Assembly (NCBI GenBank): GCA_032718475.1
Contig: JAUCBJ010000166.1
Span: 15,264 to 79,263 of the forward strand
Reading direction: 5' to 3'
DNA from: Nemertoderma westbladi
Taxonomy: Eukaryota > Animalia > Xenacoelomorpha
Length of the DNA stretch: 64,000 nucleotides
The translations under genes and the position numbers were made by a program. The notes beneath the pieces were generated by a model. The model was not told where the DNA came from. It saw only the letters and a list, made by a program, of their open reading frames with translations, and searched no databases. Shown here one piece after another: positions 62,953-64,000 of this stretch (positions within the stretch are counted from its first letter, which is position 1; every line of letters starts with the position of its first letter).

Positions 62953-63459
62953 TTAAGAGAATCAAATTGTAACTTGCTATTAAAATAGTCGTTTGCACGG
63001 AATTTACTAGAGATCAGGCAACTTAGCAGGGCATGAGCTTCTGTCTGTATCTACTGTTTATCGCAGATAAACAAGTATGGTGGCCGACTGCTGCCACATG
63101 AACAATTCATGTCAAATAAATATAAATGGGAAAAAATATCTAAAAACATAAATGGGAAAAAAAAATAAAAAAAATAACGGAAAAAAATCAGTAAAAAAAT
63201 GAAATAAAATTTTGTAAAAAAATAACTGAAAAAAATTAATGGAAATAAATTACTAAAAATAGTTATTAAAAAGAAAGTAAAATTTTTTTAAAACCACCTT
63301 GGCCTACTGCTGCCAGACATTCATTTAATACTAACCACTGTAGTTATATTATATAGGAGGCATTACTCGGCCTCGGCCACCGCGAATAGAAATTAAATTA
63401 CTGTACAAAGCAAAATTTAATGATACCAAGTAGCCAACTGCTGCCAAACACCGGGTGTG

Positions 63460-63650
63460 TACAAAACAAAGACCTAAGACCCATGACCCTACAAAAGTAA
63501 GACCCCCCTGGTACAAAAGTAAGACCCCCCCCAGGTACAAAAGTAAGACCCCCCAGGTACAAAAGTAACACACCCAAGTACAAAAGTAAGACGCCCCTGG
63601 TACAAAAGTAAGACACCATACCCCCTGGCACAAAAGTAAGACCCAAAACA
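63460..63650. repeat. Degenerate ~21-24-bp tandem repeat (ggtacaaaagtaagaccccc)
   Basis: About 8 variable units. Confidence 0.75.
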
Positions 63651-64000
63651 AAAACATCCAAAAACAGTATGCATGAAAGCACAATTTTAAAGGACTATGT
63701 TAAATGTAGCAAGCAAGCAAAAGCAAAAGGAAACAGTCGGTCGAAGCCGGAGGCGACCCGAAGGCTCCTCTTTCGATAGCTGCTACCCGAGGGTAGGGGT
63801 GGGCTCTACTCCTATCCCAATCCTATGTTAAATGTAGTTGTCAATCATTCAAGTATAATGCAATGTGTAAACATAGCTTCTGTGTTGCCGAATTAGAGGG
63901 AATGTTACGAAAGCATGTCGATCATTTAATTCATGATCAAAATAAACAAAGAAAGCGTGGTAGTTCCCGTAAATAACATACTACGAAACTATGTTGGTGG

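Overview
AT-rich, repeat-dense animal (probably invertebrate) genomic DNA, not prokaryotic. Three protein-coding genes can be supported: an intronless TesB/ACOT8-type acyl-CoA thioesterase (7522-8646), an intronless TPR protein ending in a CaaX box (22714-24786), and a spliced paired-class (Q50) homeobox gene that the ORF track misses. I reconstruct it from four phase-compatible exons (30556-30646, 41344-41438, 53303-53474, 58464-58633; 175 aa; N-terminal eh1-like motif) spread over 28 kb. The main observation is that about 19 kb of its introns consists of five unrelated minisatellites (25, 66, 46, 35 and 22 bp units), each anchored on and copying a splice signal: three exon-end/5' donor junctions, one exon-like cassette with its donor, and the branch-point region. 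The last intron holds a decayed CRE-like non-LTR retrotransposon preceded by a Ulp1/SENP protease domain. The rest is mobile-element debris: a conserved-end, variable-interior family (Helentron/HINE-like), two MITEs with clear target-site duplications, RTE, hAT-like and Crypton-like remnants, a tRNA-Ser pseudogene and a near-perfect palindrome of a tRNA-like SINE. All calls are by eye and no database searches were run.
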